Assembly: GCA_021740175.1 (NCBI GenBank)
Contig: JAIPAH010000003.1
Coordinates: 1-58,142 of the forward strand
Reading direction: 5' to 3'
From: Bacteroidales bacterium
Lineage (GTDB): Bacteria; Bacteroidota; Bacteroidia; Bacteroidales; JAIPAH01
Length of the DNA stretch: 58,142 nt
Shown here in pieces: positions 29,056-39,159 of this stretch (the first letter of the stretch is position 1; every line of letters begins with the position of its first letter). The notes under the pieces are model-generated. The model did no database searches. It had not been told where the DNA came from and worked only from the letters and a program-made list of their open reading frames with translations. A program made the position numbers and the translations under genes.

Positions 29056-30087
29056 ATGATGAAAAATCTATTAGTTGTTTTTGCGATTGGGGCAGCATTA
29101 GTGATGACCGGTTGCAGCACGGAAGAACAAAAACAAGACACCCAACAACAGGAAGAAGATAAGGAGGAAACTCAAACTTCGATTGAAGAGCTCAATCGGA
29201 AAATCAAAAAGGATACAGCCAATGCGGATTTATATCACCGGAGAGCAAAGCGACGTTACGAAAATTTGGATCTTAACAAGGCCTTGAATGATATCGGTCA
29301 GGCGATACAATTAGAGCCCGGTAATGATGAGCATTTGCTTTTGTTAGCCGATATTTATGAGGCCATGAACAAATTTGAAGATTCCAAGGGTGTGCTTGAA
29401 CGTGTGGCCAATCGTAATCAAAGAAATGTAGAAGCCAACCTTAAGCTTTCCCGCCTGGAGCTCGCCTATGAGAATCATCAGCAGGCTATTATGCGGGCTA
29501 ACAGGGTGCTTAAAACTGAACCCGAGAATACCGAAGCCATTTACCTGAAAGGATATATCTACCTGGAGCAAAACGATACAGCAAAAGCCATTGATCACTT
29601 TATTCGATCGGTCGAGAATGATCCGGAATTCCAGGATCCTTACCTGCAATTAGGAAAGATATACTCGGAGAGAGGTGATCCGCGAGCTGTTGATTTCTTT
29701 AATGGAGCCCTGAATATGAATCCCGACGATGTTGAAACGATGTATCTTTTGGCCATGCACTACCAGGAGCATAAGAGATTTGATAAAGCCATGCGTACTT
29801 ATCGTAATATCCTGGCGGTTGATTCGACAAATGCTAAAGTTTATCATAATATGGGGTATATGGTTATGATTTACGCCGAGGATTTTGATGAAGCTATAGA
29901 ACATTTCGACAAGGCCATTAAACACCGGCCCGATTATTATCAAGCCTATTACAACCGGGGCTATGCCTATGAGTTGAAGGAGGAATACCAGAAAGCCCGT
30001 GCCGATTACAGAGAAGCTCTTAATATCCGATCCAATTACAAAAAAGCCATTGAGGGGATGAACCGGCTGGATAATGTTATTTATTGA
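29056..30087 (+). CDS. TPR-repeat lipoprotein
   Basis: Lipobox LVMTGC and multiple 34-aa TPR units (e.g. AYYNRGYAYE...A..DY..AL). Confidence 0.88.
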   Translation: MMKNLLVVFAIGAALVMTGCSTEEQKQDTQQQEEDKEETQTSIEELNRKIKKDTANADLYHRRAKRRYENLDLNKALNDIGQAIQLEPGNDEHLLLLADIYEAMNKFEDSKGVLERVANRNQRNVEANLKLSRLELAYENHQQAIMRANRVLKTEPENTEAIYLKGYIYLEQNDTAKAIDHFIRSVENDPEFQDPYLQLGKIYSERGDPRAVDFFNGALNMNPDDVETMYLLAMHYQEHKRFDKAMRTYRNILAVDSTNAKVYHNMGYMVMIYAEDFDEAIEHFDKAIKHRPDYYQAYYNRGYAYELKEEYQKARADYREALNIRSNYKKAIEGMNRLDNVIY

Positions 30088-30238
30088 TTGGTTGTCAGGT
30101 CCAAACTCTCTTTCCGCCCCGACGATTTATCCATTTATGCAGGATGCTATAAGCTTCACCGCCCTTAATGCAATAATGAAAGCTTTTTATATTTATGAAA
30201 ATGTTGGACTTCAGTCTAAATAAATCGATTCTTCACTT

Positions 30239-30267
30239 GTTTCCTAAAAAAGAAACTTATATTTTTG
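30239..30267 (+). promoter_or_regulatory. Toxin-antitoxin promoter with putative operator palindrome
   Basis: GTTTC-N8-GAAAC (30239-30256) directly upstream of TATTTTTG (30260-30267). Confidence 0.55.
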
Positions 30268-30285
30268 TACAAACTTAAGGAAGTA

Positions 30286-30642
30286 ATGAACCGAAAATTT
30301 AAAATTGACATACTCGGAGAAGCGATTGATTTTTTGGATTCATTAGACGAAAAAACAAAGGAAAAAATTTATTATAATGCACGAAAAGCACAACTAACCA
30401 ATGACACGGCATTGTTTAAAAAATTAAATGAATTTATTTGGGAGTTTAGAACAAAGTATAATAAGAAGTACTACAGACTTTTAGCTTTTTGGGATAAAAC
30501 GGATGATGAAGAGACTTTAGTTCTGGCAACTCACGGATTTGTTAAGAAAACCCAGAAGACACCTAAAAGTGAGATAAGAAAGGCTGAGGAAATTCGCAAA
30601 GAGTATTTTGAACAAAAAAAACAGGAAAATGAAAAACGATAG
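30286..30642 (+). CDS. RelE/HigB-family (Gp49-like) toxin (start moved to ATG 30286)
   Basis: LFKKL...IWEFRT...YRLLAFWD...ATHGFVKKTQKTP; precedes an HTH gene. Confidence 0.88.
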   Translation: MNRKFKIDILGEAIDFLDSLDEKTKEKIYYNARKAQLTNDTALFKKLNEFIWEFRTKYNKKYYRLLAFWDKTDDEETLVLATHGFVKKTQKTPKSEIRKAEEIRKEYFEQKKQENEKR

Positions 30643-30955
30643 ATTAAAAAGAAAAAGCTTAGACGAAATGATAGACGAGCATATCGGCGAGGTTGGAACT
30701 GAAAAGAGAGATGCTTTTGAAGAAGAACTGCGCTTAGATATTTTAGGTCACACTATAAAGCAACTTAGAGAAGAAAATAACCTAACCCAGGCTCAACTCG
30801 GGGAATTGGTTGGTGTTAAAAAAGCACAAATTTCCAAAATTGAAAATAACCTGACAGATGCGAGATTTGAAACAATCTTAAAAGTATTTCGGGCTTTAAA
30901 TGCAAAGATAAATTTCAATATCGAATTAAAGAATCAAGATATGCAGATCGGATAA
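30629..30955 (+). CDS. XRE/Cro HTH antitoxin (HigA-like)
   Basis: IKQLREENNLTQAQLGELVGVKKAQISKIEN; overlaps the toxin 3' end. Confidence 0.9.
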   Translation: MKNDRLKRKSLDEMIDEHIGEVGTEKRDAFEEELRLDILGHTIKQLREENNLTQAQLGELVGVKKAQISKIENNLTDARFETILKVFRALNAKINFNIELKNQDMQIG

Positions 30956-31031
30956 AAATGCTGAAGAATAGGCTTTGGAATGATAGATCGAGCGGTGATA
31001 TCAGTAGAAAACTTACAATCAGGTATAAAAC

Positions 31032-31284
31032 ATTAGATTCCCGCCCGAATTACGAACCTTTGTCATTCAGTCGGGCGGGCCTCACTTCATCACTCAGCTA
31101 TCGCTCCGTGATTCGTTCGGAATGACCTGATTATGGGGGCAGGAGGGGAAAAAGGGCCGCGCGGCCGCAGTTGAAATAAAACGATGGTGTCCGCGCGGCC
31201 CTTTTTCCTTTGTATCCCCGTCAAATGGGTCTTTCCGACCGGAGATACGGAGCGATAGCGGAGTATCGGAGGGAGGAATCTCAT
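31032..31284. repeat. ~250-bp composite palindromic REP/MITE-like element with a 40-bp palindromic insertion in its left arm
   Basis: Left arm AGATT|CCTC...GCTATCGCTCCGT...TCGGAATGAC pairs with right arm GTCTTTCCGA...ACGGAGCGATAGC...GAGGAATCT. Inner inverted repeat GGAAAAAGGGCCGCGCGG / CCGCGCGGCCCTTTTTCC. Insert CCCGCCCGA...TCGGGCGGG at 31040-31079. Confidence 0.75.
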
Positions 31285-31442
31285 AAAAACCTTCCATCTC
31301 TCTCCTCCCCACACGCCCCACGCCAAGAGCTGGCAGGTTGTGAGCTTGACCTTCCAGCTTTTTGGGCGGACTGTGCGGAAAACCGGAAAATAAATCCAGG
31401 CTTCTCCGAGTAATAATGATAAAAATAAGGTGAGCCGCTACC

Positions 31443-31793
31443 TCAGGCCTTGTGGGCATCATGCCACTCTTTCAATTCCGGGATTAAATGATTTTCGATA
31501 TCCTTTTTCAGGGTTTCGAAGGTAGATTCAAGCCGGGTTTCCCCTTGCCGGATTTTTTCTAAAAAATCCTGGGAATCGGATAATATTCCGGGGACACCGA
31601 GTTGAGCGAGGTCATTTTTTAAAGCATGAGCGGCAAATTCAAGGTTTTGTGAGTTATCTTCTTTCATGGCCTCTTCTATCTCGTTTTTTCGCTCAGGCCA
31701 GCTATCGAAGAAAATCAGGATGACCTCGGCCATAATTTCTTCAGATAACATCTCCAGTTTTTCATTGAATTGATTCTTGTCCAGCACACCCAT
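31443..31793 (-). CDS. Hpt-domain protein
   Basis: All-helical acidic protein with AAHALKN phosphoacceptor motif. Confidence 0.8.
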   Translation of the reverse strand: MGVLDKNQFNEKLEMLSEEIMAEVILIFFDSWPERKNEIEEAMKEDNSQNLEFAAHALKNDLAQLGVPGILSDSQDFLEKIRQGETRLESTFETLKKDIENHLIPELKEWHDAHKA

Positions 31794-32140
31794 TATTCCT
31801 GGTACTCCTCTTTAATTTTTTTTAATTCTTCCTCTATATGGTTGATCTTTTCCTTTAGTTGACTGAGTATCTCATCGGTTCCTTCGAAAGTTTTGTTTGT
31901 TCCTTTGTCTTCAAGAGCTTTAGCTAATGAATGCGCCCCATCGGCATGAAAATGAGCAATGACTCCTTTTAAACTGTGAGCCGTAGTTCTTAACGTTTCA
32001 GCATCCTGTTGGCGAATAGCTTCTTCAATGCTTTTAAGGCGCTCGGGATACTCTTCGAAAAAAAGGTCGATAATTTCCACTATAATTTCCTTATCATAAG
32101 CTTTAAAGCTTTCCTGAAGTGCTCCTTTATCAATTTCCAT
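31793..32140 (-). CDS. Hpt-domain protein
   Basis: IIDLFFEEYPERL, TAHSLKG, AKALE; stop/start overlap with the next Hpt gene. Confidence 0.88.
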   Translation of the reverse strand: MEIDKGALQESFKAYDKEIIVEIIDLFFEEYPERLKSIEEAIRQQDAETLRTTAHSLKGVIAHFHADGAHSLAKALEDKGTNKTFEGTDEILSQLKEKINHIEEELKKIKEEYQE

Positions 32141-32187
32141 AATTTGTTTATTAGTCTACAGGCAAATATAAGGTATTTTGTTTATAT

Positions 32188-33282
32188 TCAAAGGGCAAAC
32201 AAAACGCGTCTTATTTTCCGCGCAATTGTTTCTAATTTTTTGTGGTCATGATTATCCAATAATACAATAAGATGGTTCTTTCCTTCAAACATTTGCATTA
32301 GTGAACGGAATCCAAAAATACCGCCTTCATGTCCATACATGTTAAGGATTTTACCGTTTTGGAGCGTATCCCTTGATGTGGTGAATCCCAAACCGTAATG
32401 CTTATGCCGGGCCTGTAGCATTTTTTGGTTTGACTCTTCAGAGATTATCCGGTTATCATGCAGGGCTTGCTGCCATTTATACAAATCGCGGGCTGTGCTG
32501 TATATGCCACAACTCGAAAAAGCCACTGAATAATTAACATGGGGTGCCTTTTTGAGCTGCCCGTTACCGTGGGTATATCCTGTGGCACTTTTCTTAATGA
32601 TTGTATCGTTTTTATATAATCCGGAGTTGTTCATGCCTGCCGGGTCAAGAATATGCTCCCGGAGCACTTTTTCATAGGGTTTGCCGGTAATTTTTTCGAT
32701 GATAACTCCTAACAGGTAATAGCCTGAATTAGTGTATTTTAGCAGTGTTCCGGGTTCAAAGCGGAGGTCTTCTTTCCAGAAGTTACTTACAAACTCACCG
32801 GGTTGATTCTTCAGGTGCATACGTTTTGCAAAGAAATCGAGTCCTGTATAATCGGGAATCCCTGAGCTATGCTCCAGTAAGTGACGGATGGTTATTTTCT
32901 CCGCTTTATCGCGGGGATACTGCGGTAGGTACTTGGCTATACTGTCGTTCAGTTGCAGCCTCCCCTCCTCTACCAGGCTCATAACAACTGTGGCTGTCAG
33001 GGGTTTTGTGCAGGAGCCAATCCTGAATTTGGTGTGCTTCGTGTTGGGTATTTCCCAGCTTTCATTAGCGTTACCCCATCCTTTTTCATAAAGTATTTCT
33101 CCGTCTTTGGAGACAAGGGCTACGCCATTAAATTGATTTTGCCGGTGATGTTGCTTTAACAAAGAATCTATTGCTGTAGAATAAGCCTGAGATTTTGCCG
33201 GTAAGCTGTAACTCATTAATAAGGCCATAAAAAGGGTTGAGATGAATGTTGCCAGGCTTTTTATCTTTCTTTGTTTATACAT
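32188..33282 (-). CDS. Serine hydrolase, beta-lactamase/AmpC-like family, secreted
   Basis: FRIGSCTK (SxxK), LLEHSSG, YTNSGY (YxN), HEGG; signal peptide. Confidence 0.9.
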   Translation of the reverse strand: MYKQRKIKSLATFISTLFMALLMSYSLPAKSQAYSTAIDSLLKQHHRQNQFNGVALVSKDGEILYEKGWGNANESWEIPNTKHTKFRIGSCTKPLTATVVMSLVEEGRLQLNDSIAKYLPQYPRDKAEKITIRHLLEHSSGIPDYTGLDFFAKRMHLKNQPGEFVSNFWKEDLRFEPGTLLKYTNSGYYLLGVIIEKITGKPYEKVLREHILDPAGMNNSGLYKNDTIIKKSATGYTHGNGQLKKAPHVNYSVAFSSCGIYSTARDLYKWQQALHDNRIISEESNQKMLQARHKHYGLGFTTSRDTLQNGKILNMYGHEGGIFGFRSLMQMFEGKNHLIVLLDNHDHKKLETIARKIRRVLFAL

Positions 33283-33604
33283 CAATTCATTCTTTAGACA
33301 GCCCTTGAGCTATTTTACGGCTTTTCCTCGTTGCGCAAATGTAATAAACTTTTCCCTATTTGCCTCACCTCATATTTGGAGCAATCATTTAACCCGATGG
33401 TTTTATAGCCTAATTCATAGGTGTTGGAGCACTTAGGATTAGGAACAAACAGTGGGTTTTTCCGTGATGGGCTATTAGCCATTTTGTGAAAGCCCGTTGC
33501 GGGGTCTTAATTCAAAAATTCCGGAAAAGAAACATGTTTAAGCTGATGACAATTTCCTGAATTTGTACGGATAATAAGTTGGAAACCCCAAAACATGTAG
33601 GTCA

Positions 33605-34777
33605 CTAGTCCTTGTAAAACAAGTCAATATATTTTAACGCACCGCTTTCGGGATGTAATTTTAGTTTCATGTCTTCGGTCCAGGGCGCATAACTTACAAT
33701 ACCAAACTGGTTAATGCGCATACGGCGAGAGATCATCGCCTCTTCGTCAAGCCTCAAAGACACTCGGGCAAAATCAGGAACCCTGTAATGAAGACCTTTT
33801 TTCTCCTTATTCGTGTTCATGATTTTGGTCGCGTGCTTCTCAATGTTTTGTGTCGTCCGTTCATTTTCGGCTTGCAGAATCAGCGGACGTCCTATCGAAC
33901 TGTTCGGCTGCCGGATTCCCGAATGGAGGGAAAACTTGCATAGAGTTTTTTGGGTTGTGTTTTTAGTCCCGCTTTCGGGAATCCACTCAAAACTAAATTC
34001 TTCAAAGCTGGTTACGGTTTTTCCGGTGAAAAGCGCCCTGTATTCATCCTGGCGTTTTTCCAGTTGTTTATCCATGTATTTGATAGTTCCTTCTTCATAA
34101 GGTGTCTCCTGGTAACCGATGGCAAGGTAATACCTGTCCTGGTGAATTTTTTGGATTCGTTGAGCAGCGTCGCGGGCCATTTCTTCCTTTGTTTTATTCT
34201 GCCAGCGTGTTGTGACACTGATATCCTTTTTTACGGACGTATCTACCGTAATCATGCGGATGGTAGTATCCTTGACCTCTTTACGGGCATTAACCGCTTG
34301 AAAATCGAATAGTTCGGATTTATCGGTATCGGCTGCATCTGTTGTTACAATGGATTTACGTTTTTTCTTTTCTTCCTTTTCGGGAGCAGTGTTAAACCCT
34401 TCCAAAAGGCCGGCTTCATCGAGAGCCATGATTAAACGGCGGCTCTCGTCCAGTTCCTCCGGGGTAAATTCAACGAAAAAGAATTGTTCGGGGTCCGGTT
34501 GCGTACTTGTTGTGAGCGTAATTTCAGTAATGCTGTATGTCGTCTTATCATTGGTTTGCACATCACTTTCACCCAGGAAATCATCGGCGTAATCTGCCAA
34601 AGGTCCTGCATAAAAGGCTTCCTTCTTGACTTTAAGATCGACATGTACAATCGTTTGGGGCAATGAGTAATATATCCCGTTCGGGGAAAGGGATTTATTG
34701 GCCGGTTTGATCGAGTTTTGCCCCGAAACCGAGAATAGAATAAAAAGAGATACAACAACCGCAAGTAGCTTTTTCAT
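33605..34777 (-). CDS. DUF4831-like exported protein
   Basis: Signal peptide, GIYYSLPQT, GPLADYA, Y.ALFTGK, GLHYRVP, INQFG. Confidence 0.75.
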   Translation of the reverse strand: MKKLLAVVVSLFILFSVSGQNSIKPANKSLSPNGIYYSLPQTIVHVDLKVKKEAFYAGPLADYADDFLGESDVQTNDKTTYSITEITLTTSTQPDPEQFFFVEFTPEELDESRRLIMALDEAGLLEGFNTAPEKEEKKKRKSIVTTDAADTDKSELFDFQAVNARKEVKDTTIRMITVDTSVKKDISVTTRWQNKTKEEMARDAAQRIQKIHQDRYYLAIGYQETPYEEGTIKYMDKQLEKRQDEYRALFTGKTVTSFEEFSFEWIPESGTKNTTQKTLCKFSLHSGIRQPNSSIGRPLILQAENERTTQNIEKHATKIMNTNKEKKGLHYRVPDFARVSLRLDEEAMISRRMRINQFGIVSYAPWTEDMKLKLHPESGALKYIDLFYKD

Positions 34778-34870
34778 GAATTAATTTTTTTTTCAAAATT
34801 ACGAAAAAACCAATATTAAAGAATCAAAATAAAAAAGGGAAAGGCGTTATACTTTCCCCTCTAGTTTTAT

Positions 34871-37048
34871 TTATTTCAGAAAAAGCAACTCCCTGTATTT
34901 GGGGAGGGGCCACAATTCATCATCAATGAGCAATTCAAGCTTGTCGATATGGTAACGGATACTGGAAAAATAGGGTATGACCTTCTCATTGTAGGCAAAG
35001 GCCATTTTTTCATGATCCTCCATTTTATTAGCGATTTTACGCTCCTCTGTCATCGCAGTCACATTATCCTTGATTTCCTGGATATGTCCCGAAATATCTT
35101 TTATGGTTTGCACTTGGTTTTTAGATAGCCCTGTAAAGGTTTTTTGGTCCAATACTTCCTGCAAACCCTTGACATTCTCCAGTAGCGTGTTCTGGTAGCG
35201 CACGGCAATCGGGATAATATGGTTGATAGCCAAATCCCCGATAACCCGGCCCTCAATCTGTATCTTTTTGATATATTTCTCGATTTTTATAGCAAAACGG
35301 GCTTCGAGCTCTTTTTTATTCAGGACCCCCGTTTTTTCAAAGAGATCGACTGCTTCTTTGCTGAGAATGGTTTTCAGGGCAGCCGGAGTGGAAGGAATAT
35401 TCGGCAATCCCCGTTTTTCAGCCTCTCGTACCCATTCTTCGCTATAGCTGTTGCCTTCAAAACGAACAGCTTTTGACTCGGTTATGGTTTCTTTTACCAC
35501 CTCCATAACGGCCTGATTCTTGTCCGTTCCTTCATCTAATTTTTTATCCACCTTATCGGCAAATTCATTCAGTTGTTTGGCCATGATTGTATTTAAGGCA
35601 ATCATGGGTTTCGAGCAGCTTTCGGAAGATCCTACGGCTCTGAATTCAAACTTATTGCCGGTAAAGGCAAAGGGAGAGGTCCGGTTGCGGTCGGTATTGT
35701 CCGTTAAAATTTCAGGTATTTTGGGAATATTGATATTCTGTTCATCGCTGCCGGGATCGATCCAATTATTCCCTTTCTCCAGCTCATCAAGCATAGCCGT
35801 TAGTTTCTGACCGATAAATACTGAAATAATTGCCGGTGGGGCTTCATTGGCTCCGAGGCGTAGATCATTTCCCGCTGATGCAATGTGGCCTCTTAGCAGT
35901 CCTCCATAGTCATGAACAGCCTTTATCGTATTGACAAGGAATGTTAAAAACCGGAGGTTGTCCTCCTTGGTCTTTCCGGGAGAAAACAGGTTCTGTTCCT
36001 TGTTGGTTTTTAACGACCAGTTGTTGTGTTTTCCGGAACCGTTAAGCTTTGAGAACGGCTTTTCGTGGAGCAAAACGGTCAAGTTATGATGTTTGGCGAT
36101 TCGAACCATCAGATGCATGATCAATTGATTATGATCGACCGAAATATTGGCTTCTTCATACACCGGTGCGCATTCGAATTGGTTAGGGGCCACCTCGTTA
36201 TGGCGGGTTTTAACGGGAATCCCCAACCTGTGGGATTCATATTCAAATTCCTGCATAAAATTCATCACCCGTTCATTGATACGCCCGAAATAATGGTCCG
36301 ATAGCTGCTGGTCTTTGGCAGAAGCATGGCCGAAAACCGTGCGTCCTGTCAGCACCAGGTCGGGACGGGCACGGAAAAGGGCATTATCTACGAGGAAATA
36401 TTCCTGCTCCCAGCCCAGTGTAGCTGATACGCTTTTCACATCCTCATCAAAATAATTACACACTCTTGTAGCTGCGCTATCCACAGTGCTCAGTGCTTTC
36501 ATCAACGGGGTTTTGTAATCCAGGGCTTCGCCGGTATAGGCAATGAAGATAGTGGGTATACAAAGGGTAGCATCCAGGATAAAAGCCGGAGAGGAAGGGT
36601 CCCATGCCGTATAACCCCGGGCTTCGAAAGTGTTACGCAACCCGCCGCTTGGAAAGCTTGATGCATCGGGCTCCTGCTGTACCAGTTGGTTACCGTGAAA
36701 GCTTTCGATAGCTTTTCCGTCATCCAGCGGATCGACAAATGCATCATGCTTTTCAGCCGTTGAGCCGGTGAGCGGATGGAACCAATGGGTATAATGTGTG
36801 GCCCCTTTCTCGATAGCCCATGCTTTCATGGAAGAAGCTACCTGGTCGGCAGTTTTGCGATCAATTTGATCGCCTTGGTCAATGGCATGATTGACCAATT
36901 TGTAAGCCTCGTGGGGCAGATACTCTCGCATGACCGTTTTGCTGAAGGTGAGCTCCCCGTAATAGCCGGAAACTTTCTCTGCGGTTTTAAAATTATTTGG
37001 TTTCCTGGAAAGCTCAATTTCCAGGGCTTTAAATCTTAGATTATCCAT
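34871..37048 (-). CDS. glnA: Glutamine synthetase type III
   Basis: ATHYTHWFHPLTG, EPDASSFPSGG, GWEQEYF, HEKPF..NGSGKHNNWS, DRNRTSPFAFTGNKFEFRAVGS. Confidence 0.96.
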   Translation of the reverse strand: MDNLRFKALEIELSRKPNNFKTAEKVSGYYGELTFSKTVMREYLPHEAYKLVNHAIDQGDQIDRKTADQVASSMKAWAIEKGATHYTHWFHPLTGSTAEKHDAFVDPLDDGKAIESFHGNQLVQQEPDASSFPSGGLRNTFEARGYTAWDPSSPAFILDATLCIPTIFIAYTGEALDYKTPLMKALSTVDSAATRVCNYFDEDVKSVSATLGWEQEYFLVDNALFRARPDLVLTGRTVFGHASAKDQQLSDHYFGRINERVMNFMQEFEYESHRLGIPVKTRHNEVAPNQFECAPVYEEANISVDHNQLIMHLMVRIAKHHNLTVLLHEKPFSKLNGSGKHNNWSLKTNKEQNLFSPGKTKEDNLRFLTFLVNTIKAVHDYGGLLRGHIASAGNDLRLGANEAPPAIISVFIGQKLTAMLDELEKGNNWIDPGSDEQNINIPKIPEILTDNTDRNRTSPFAFTGNKFEFRAVGSSESCSKPMIALNTIMAKQLNEFADKVDKKLDEGTDKNQAVMEVVKETITESKAVRFEGNSYSEEWVREAEKRGLPNIPSTPAALKTILSKEAVDLFEKTGVLNKKELEARFAIKIEKYIKKIQIEGRVIGDLAINHIIPIAVRYQNTLLENVKGLQEVLDQKTFTGLSKNQVQTIKDISGHIQEIKDNVTAMTEERKIANKMEDHEKMAFAYNEKVIPYFSSIRYHIDKLELLIDDELWPLPKYRELLFLK

Positions 37049-37129
37049 AGAACCGTTTTTTGATATATGATTTGATTAGGTTTTGTTAAAAAAACAAAAC
37101 TACTGATTTATATATGTGTATCAAATGAT

Positions 37130-38581
37130 TCATTTGTTAAATAAATGTAAAAACCATAACCCTAAAAACATGATAAAACCGTTGACAAGAAGTAATTCAA
37201 AACCAAACTGATAGCCCCCGAACCAAGCTTCAGAGTTTACGCTCAGTATGTAAGATATAACAGGGGAAATCAAAGCCAGAACAGGTATAGCCGGGTCCCT
37301 GGATTTCTTCCGTGTAAAAAGTCCGAAAGCAAACATCCCCAGAAGCGGCCCGTACGTGTAACCTGCTATGGTGAACAACCGCGAAATAACCGATTGATCA
37401 TTAATAGCTCGGAAAACGATAATTATCCCTACAATAATAATCGCCACAACAATATGCACGAGATAACGCAGCCGGGTTTTTTGTTTGGACGACCAATCCG
37501 TGCGTTTCCGGATGCCCAGGAAATCAACGGTGAAAGAAGTTGTCAGGGATGTGAGCGCACTATCCGCACTGGAATAAGCCGCTGATATCAAGCCGATCAT
37601 AAAGACAATTCCGGCAAACGGCATTAAATGTTTTAAGGCAATAATGGGAAATAAATTATCACTACGGGTGGGGAGGTCTATGCCTTTTGCCTGGGCGAAG
37701 ATATACAGGGAAGCTCCCAATGTCAGGATAAGAAGATTGACAGGTACCAGCGCGGCACTCATCCAGTAAACATTTTTCTTGGCTTCCTTAAGGTTGCGGC
37801 AGCTAAGGTTTTTCTGCATCATATCCTGGTCCAGGCCGGTCATAACAATAGCAATAAAAGTCCCGCTAACAAACTGCTTAAGGTAGTGGGTTTTGGCTGT
37901 CCAGTCCACATTGATCATTTGCGTGTATTCGCTGGCTGAAAGGGTTTGAATAAATTCATTGAAATCTAATCCCAGGTTGTTTTTGATTAAGAGTACGGAG
38001 ACAATCACCGTCAGCAACATGAAGGTTGTCTGGAGCGTATCCGTCCATACGATAGTTTTGATACCCCCGCGAAAGGTATATATAATCATCAAAACCATAA
38101 AGGCGCTGACGGTAACCCAAAAAGGCATCTCCCAAACATCGAAAACAAAAACCTGGAGCACATTAACCACCAAAAACATCCTGAAAGAAGCACCTATTAA
38201 GCGGGAGACAAGGAAAAAGAAAGCCCCCGTTTTATAGGACCAAAAACCAAAACGATTTTCAAGATAAGTATAGATGGATGTTAGGTTAAGTCTATAATAA
38301 ACCGGAAGCAAGACATTGGCGATAACATAATATCCGACCAGGTAGCCGGCCACAATCATCATATATGAAAATTGTGTGGAACCTACATCACCGGGGATGG
38401 AGATAAAAGTGACACCCGACAGGGAAGCACCGATCATCCCGTAGGCCACCACGTACCATGGAGATTGGCGATTCCCCAGGAAATAAGCTTCATTATCGGC
38501 CTTGCGGCTCGTAATGAAGGAGATAGAAAACAGCAATACTGTATAAACCAGGAAGCTGATGAATATCGCCGTTGGTGTCAA
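37130..38581 (-). CDS. Sodium:solute symporter (SSF)
   Basis: About 13 TM segments, GASLSGVTFISIPG, YLENRFG, GGIKTIVWTD, GLDQDMMQK. Confidence 0.92.
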   Translation of the reverse strand: MTPTAIFISFLVYTVLLFSISFITSRKADNEAYFLGNRQSPWYVVAYGMIGASLSGVTFISIPGDVGSTQFSYMMIVAGYLVGYYVIANVLLPVYYRLNLTSIYTYLENRFGFWSYKTGAFFFLVSRLIGASFRMFLVVNVLQVFVFDVWEMPFWVTVSAFMVLMIIYTFRGGIKTIVWTDTLQTTFMLLTVIVSVLLIKNNLGLDFNEFIQTLSASEYTQMINVDWTAKTHYLKQFVSGTFIAIVMTGLDQDMMQKNLSCRNLKEAKKNVYWMSAALVPVNLLILTLGASLYIFAQAKGIDLPTRSDNLFPIIALKHLMPFAGIVFMIGLISAAYSSADSALTSLTTSFTVDFLGIRKRTDWSSKQKTRLRYLVHIVVAIIIVGIIIVFRAINDQSVISRLFTIAGYTYGPLLGMFAFGLFTRKKSRDPAIPVLALISPVISYILSVNSEAWFGGYQFGFELLLVNGFIMFLGLWFLHLFNK

Positions 38582-38601
38582 ATTCTCTTATTTTAGCGTG
38601 T

Positions 38602-39159
38602 TTATTTGATTAAAAGAGCGAAAGATAATAAATCCTCCGCCACGAAATGGGGTTTATCTTTCCCCTTTTGTTCTTCAAACGTTTGAGATAAACATAATGC
38701 CGTGTACATTCCCGCTCTGCGTCCGAATGCTATATCCCTGGCAGTATCACCTATCATCAGGGATTTGGAAAAATTGACTTCCGGGAAATCATGTTGTGCC
38801 CGAAAAGCCATGCCGGGATTCGGCTTACGACCGGGCGAACGATTTTCCTCCAAATCAGGGCAGTGATATATGGCATCTATCCTCCCTCCTTTTTTCTCAA
38901 TTTCCTTTATCATCTTGTTATGGATATCTTCCAGGGTATGTTCATTCATCAGTCCTTTACCAATGCCTTGTTGATTGGTGATGATGAATATCCGGCCGAA
39001 TTTTTGAGAAAATATCTTCATGGCCTCCAATACTCCCGGCAAAAATGCAAATTCCTCCCATTTGGTCACATAGCCGTCTTTAATGCGCCGGTTTATCACG
39101 CCATCGCGATCCAGGAACAGGCTCCATTCTTTATCAATATCCAAGTCTCTTAAATTCAT
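38602..39159 (-). CDS. gmhB: D-glycero-D-manno-heptose 1,7-bisphosphate phosphatase
   Basis: LFLDRDGVIN, ITNQQGIG, RKPNPGM, MIGD (HAD subfamily IIIA). Confidence 0.9.
   Translation of the reverse strand: MNLRDLDIDKEWSLFLDRDGVINRRIKDGYVTKWEEFAFLPGVLEAMKIFSQKFGRIFIITNQQGIGKGLMNEHTLEDIHNKMIKEIEKKGGRIDAIYHCPDLEENRSPGRKPNPGMAFRAQHDFPEVNFSKSLMIGDTARDIAFGRRAGMYTALCLSQTFEEQKGKDKPHFVAEDLLSFALLIK

Noticed and set aside
31090-31462. Three short overlapping ORFs
   Set aside because: They derive from the GC-rich palindromic repeat at 31032-31284 and have no protein-like features.
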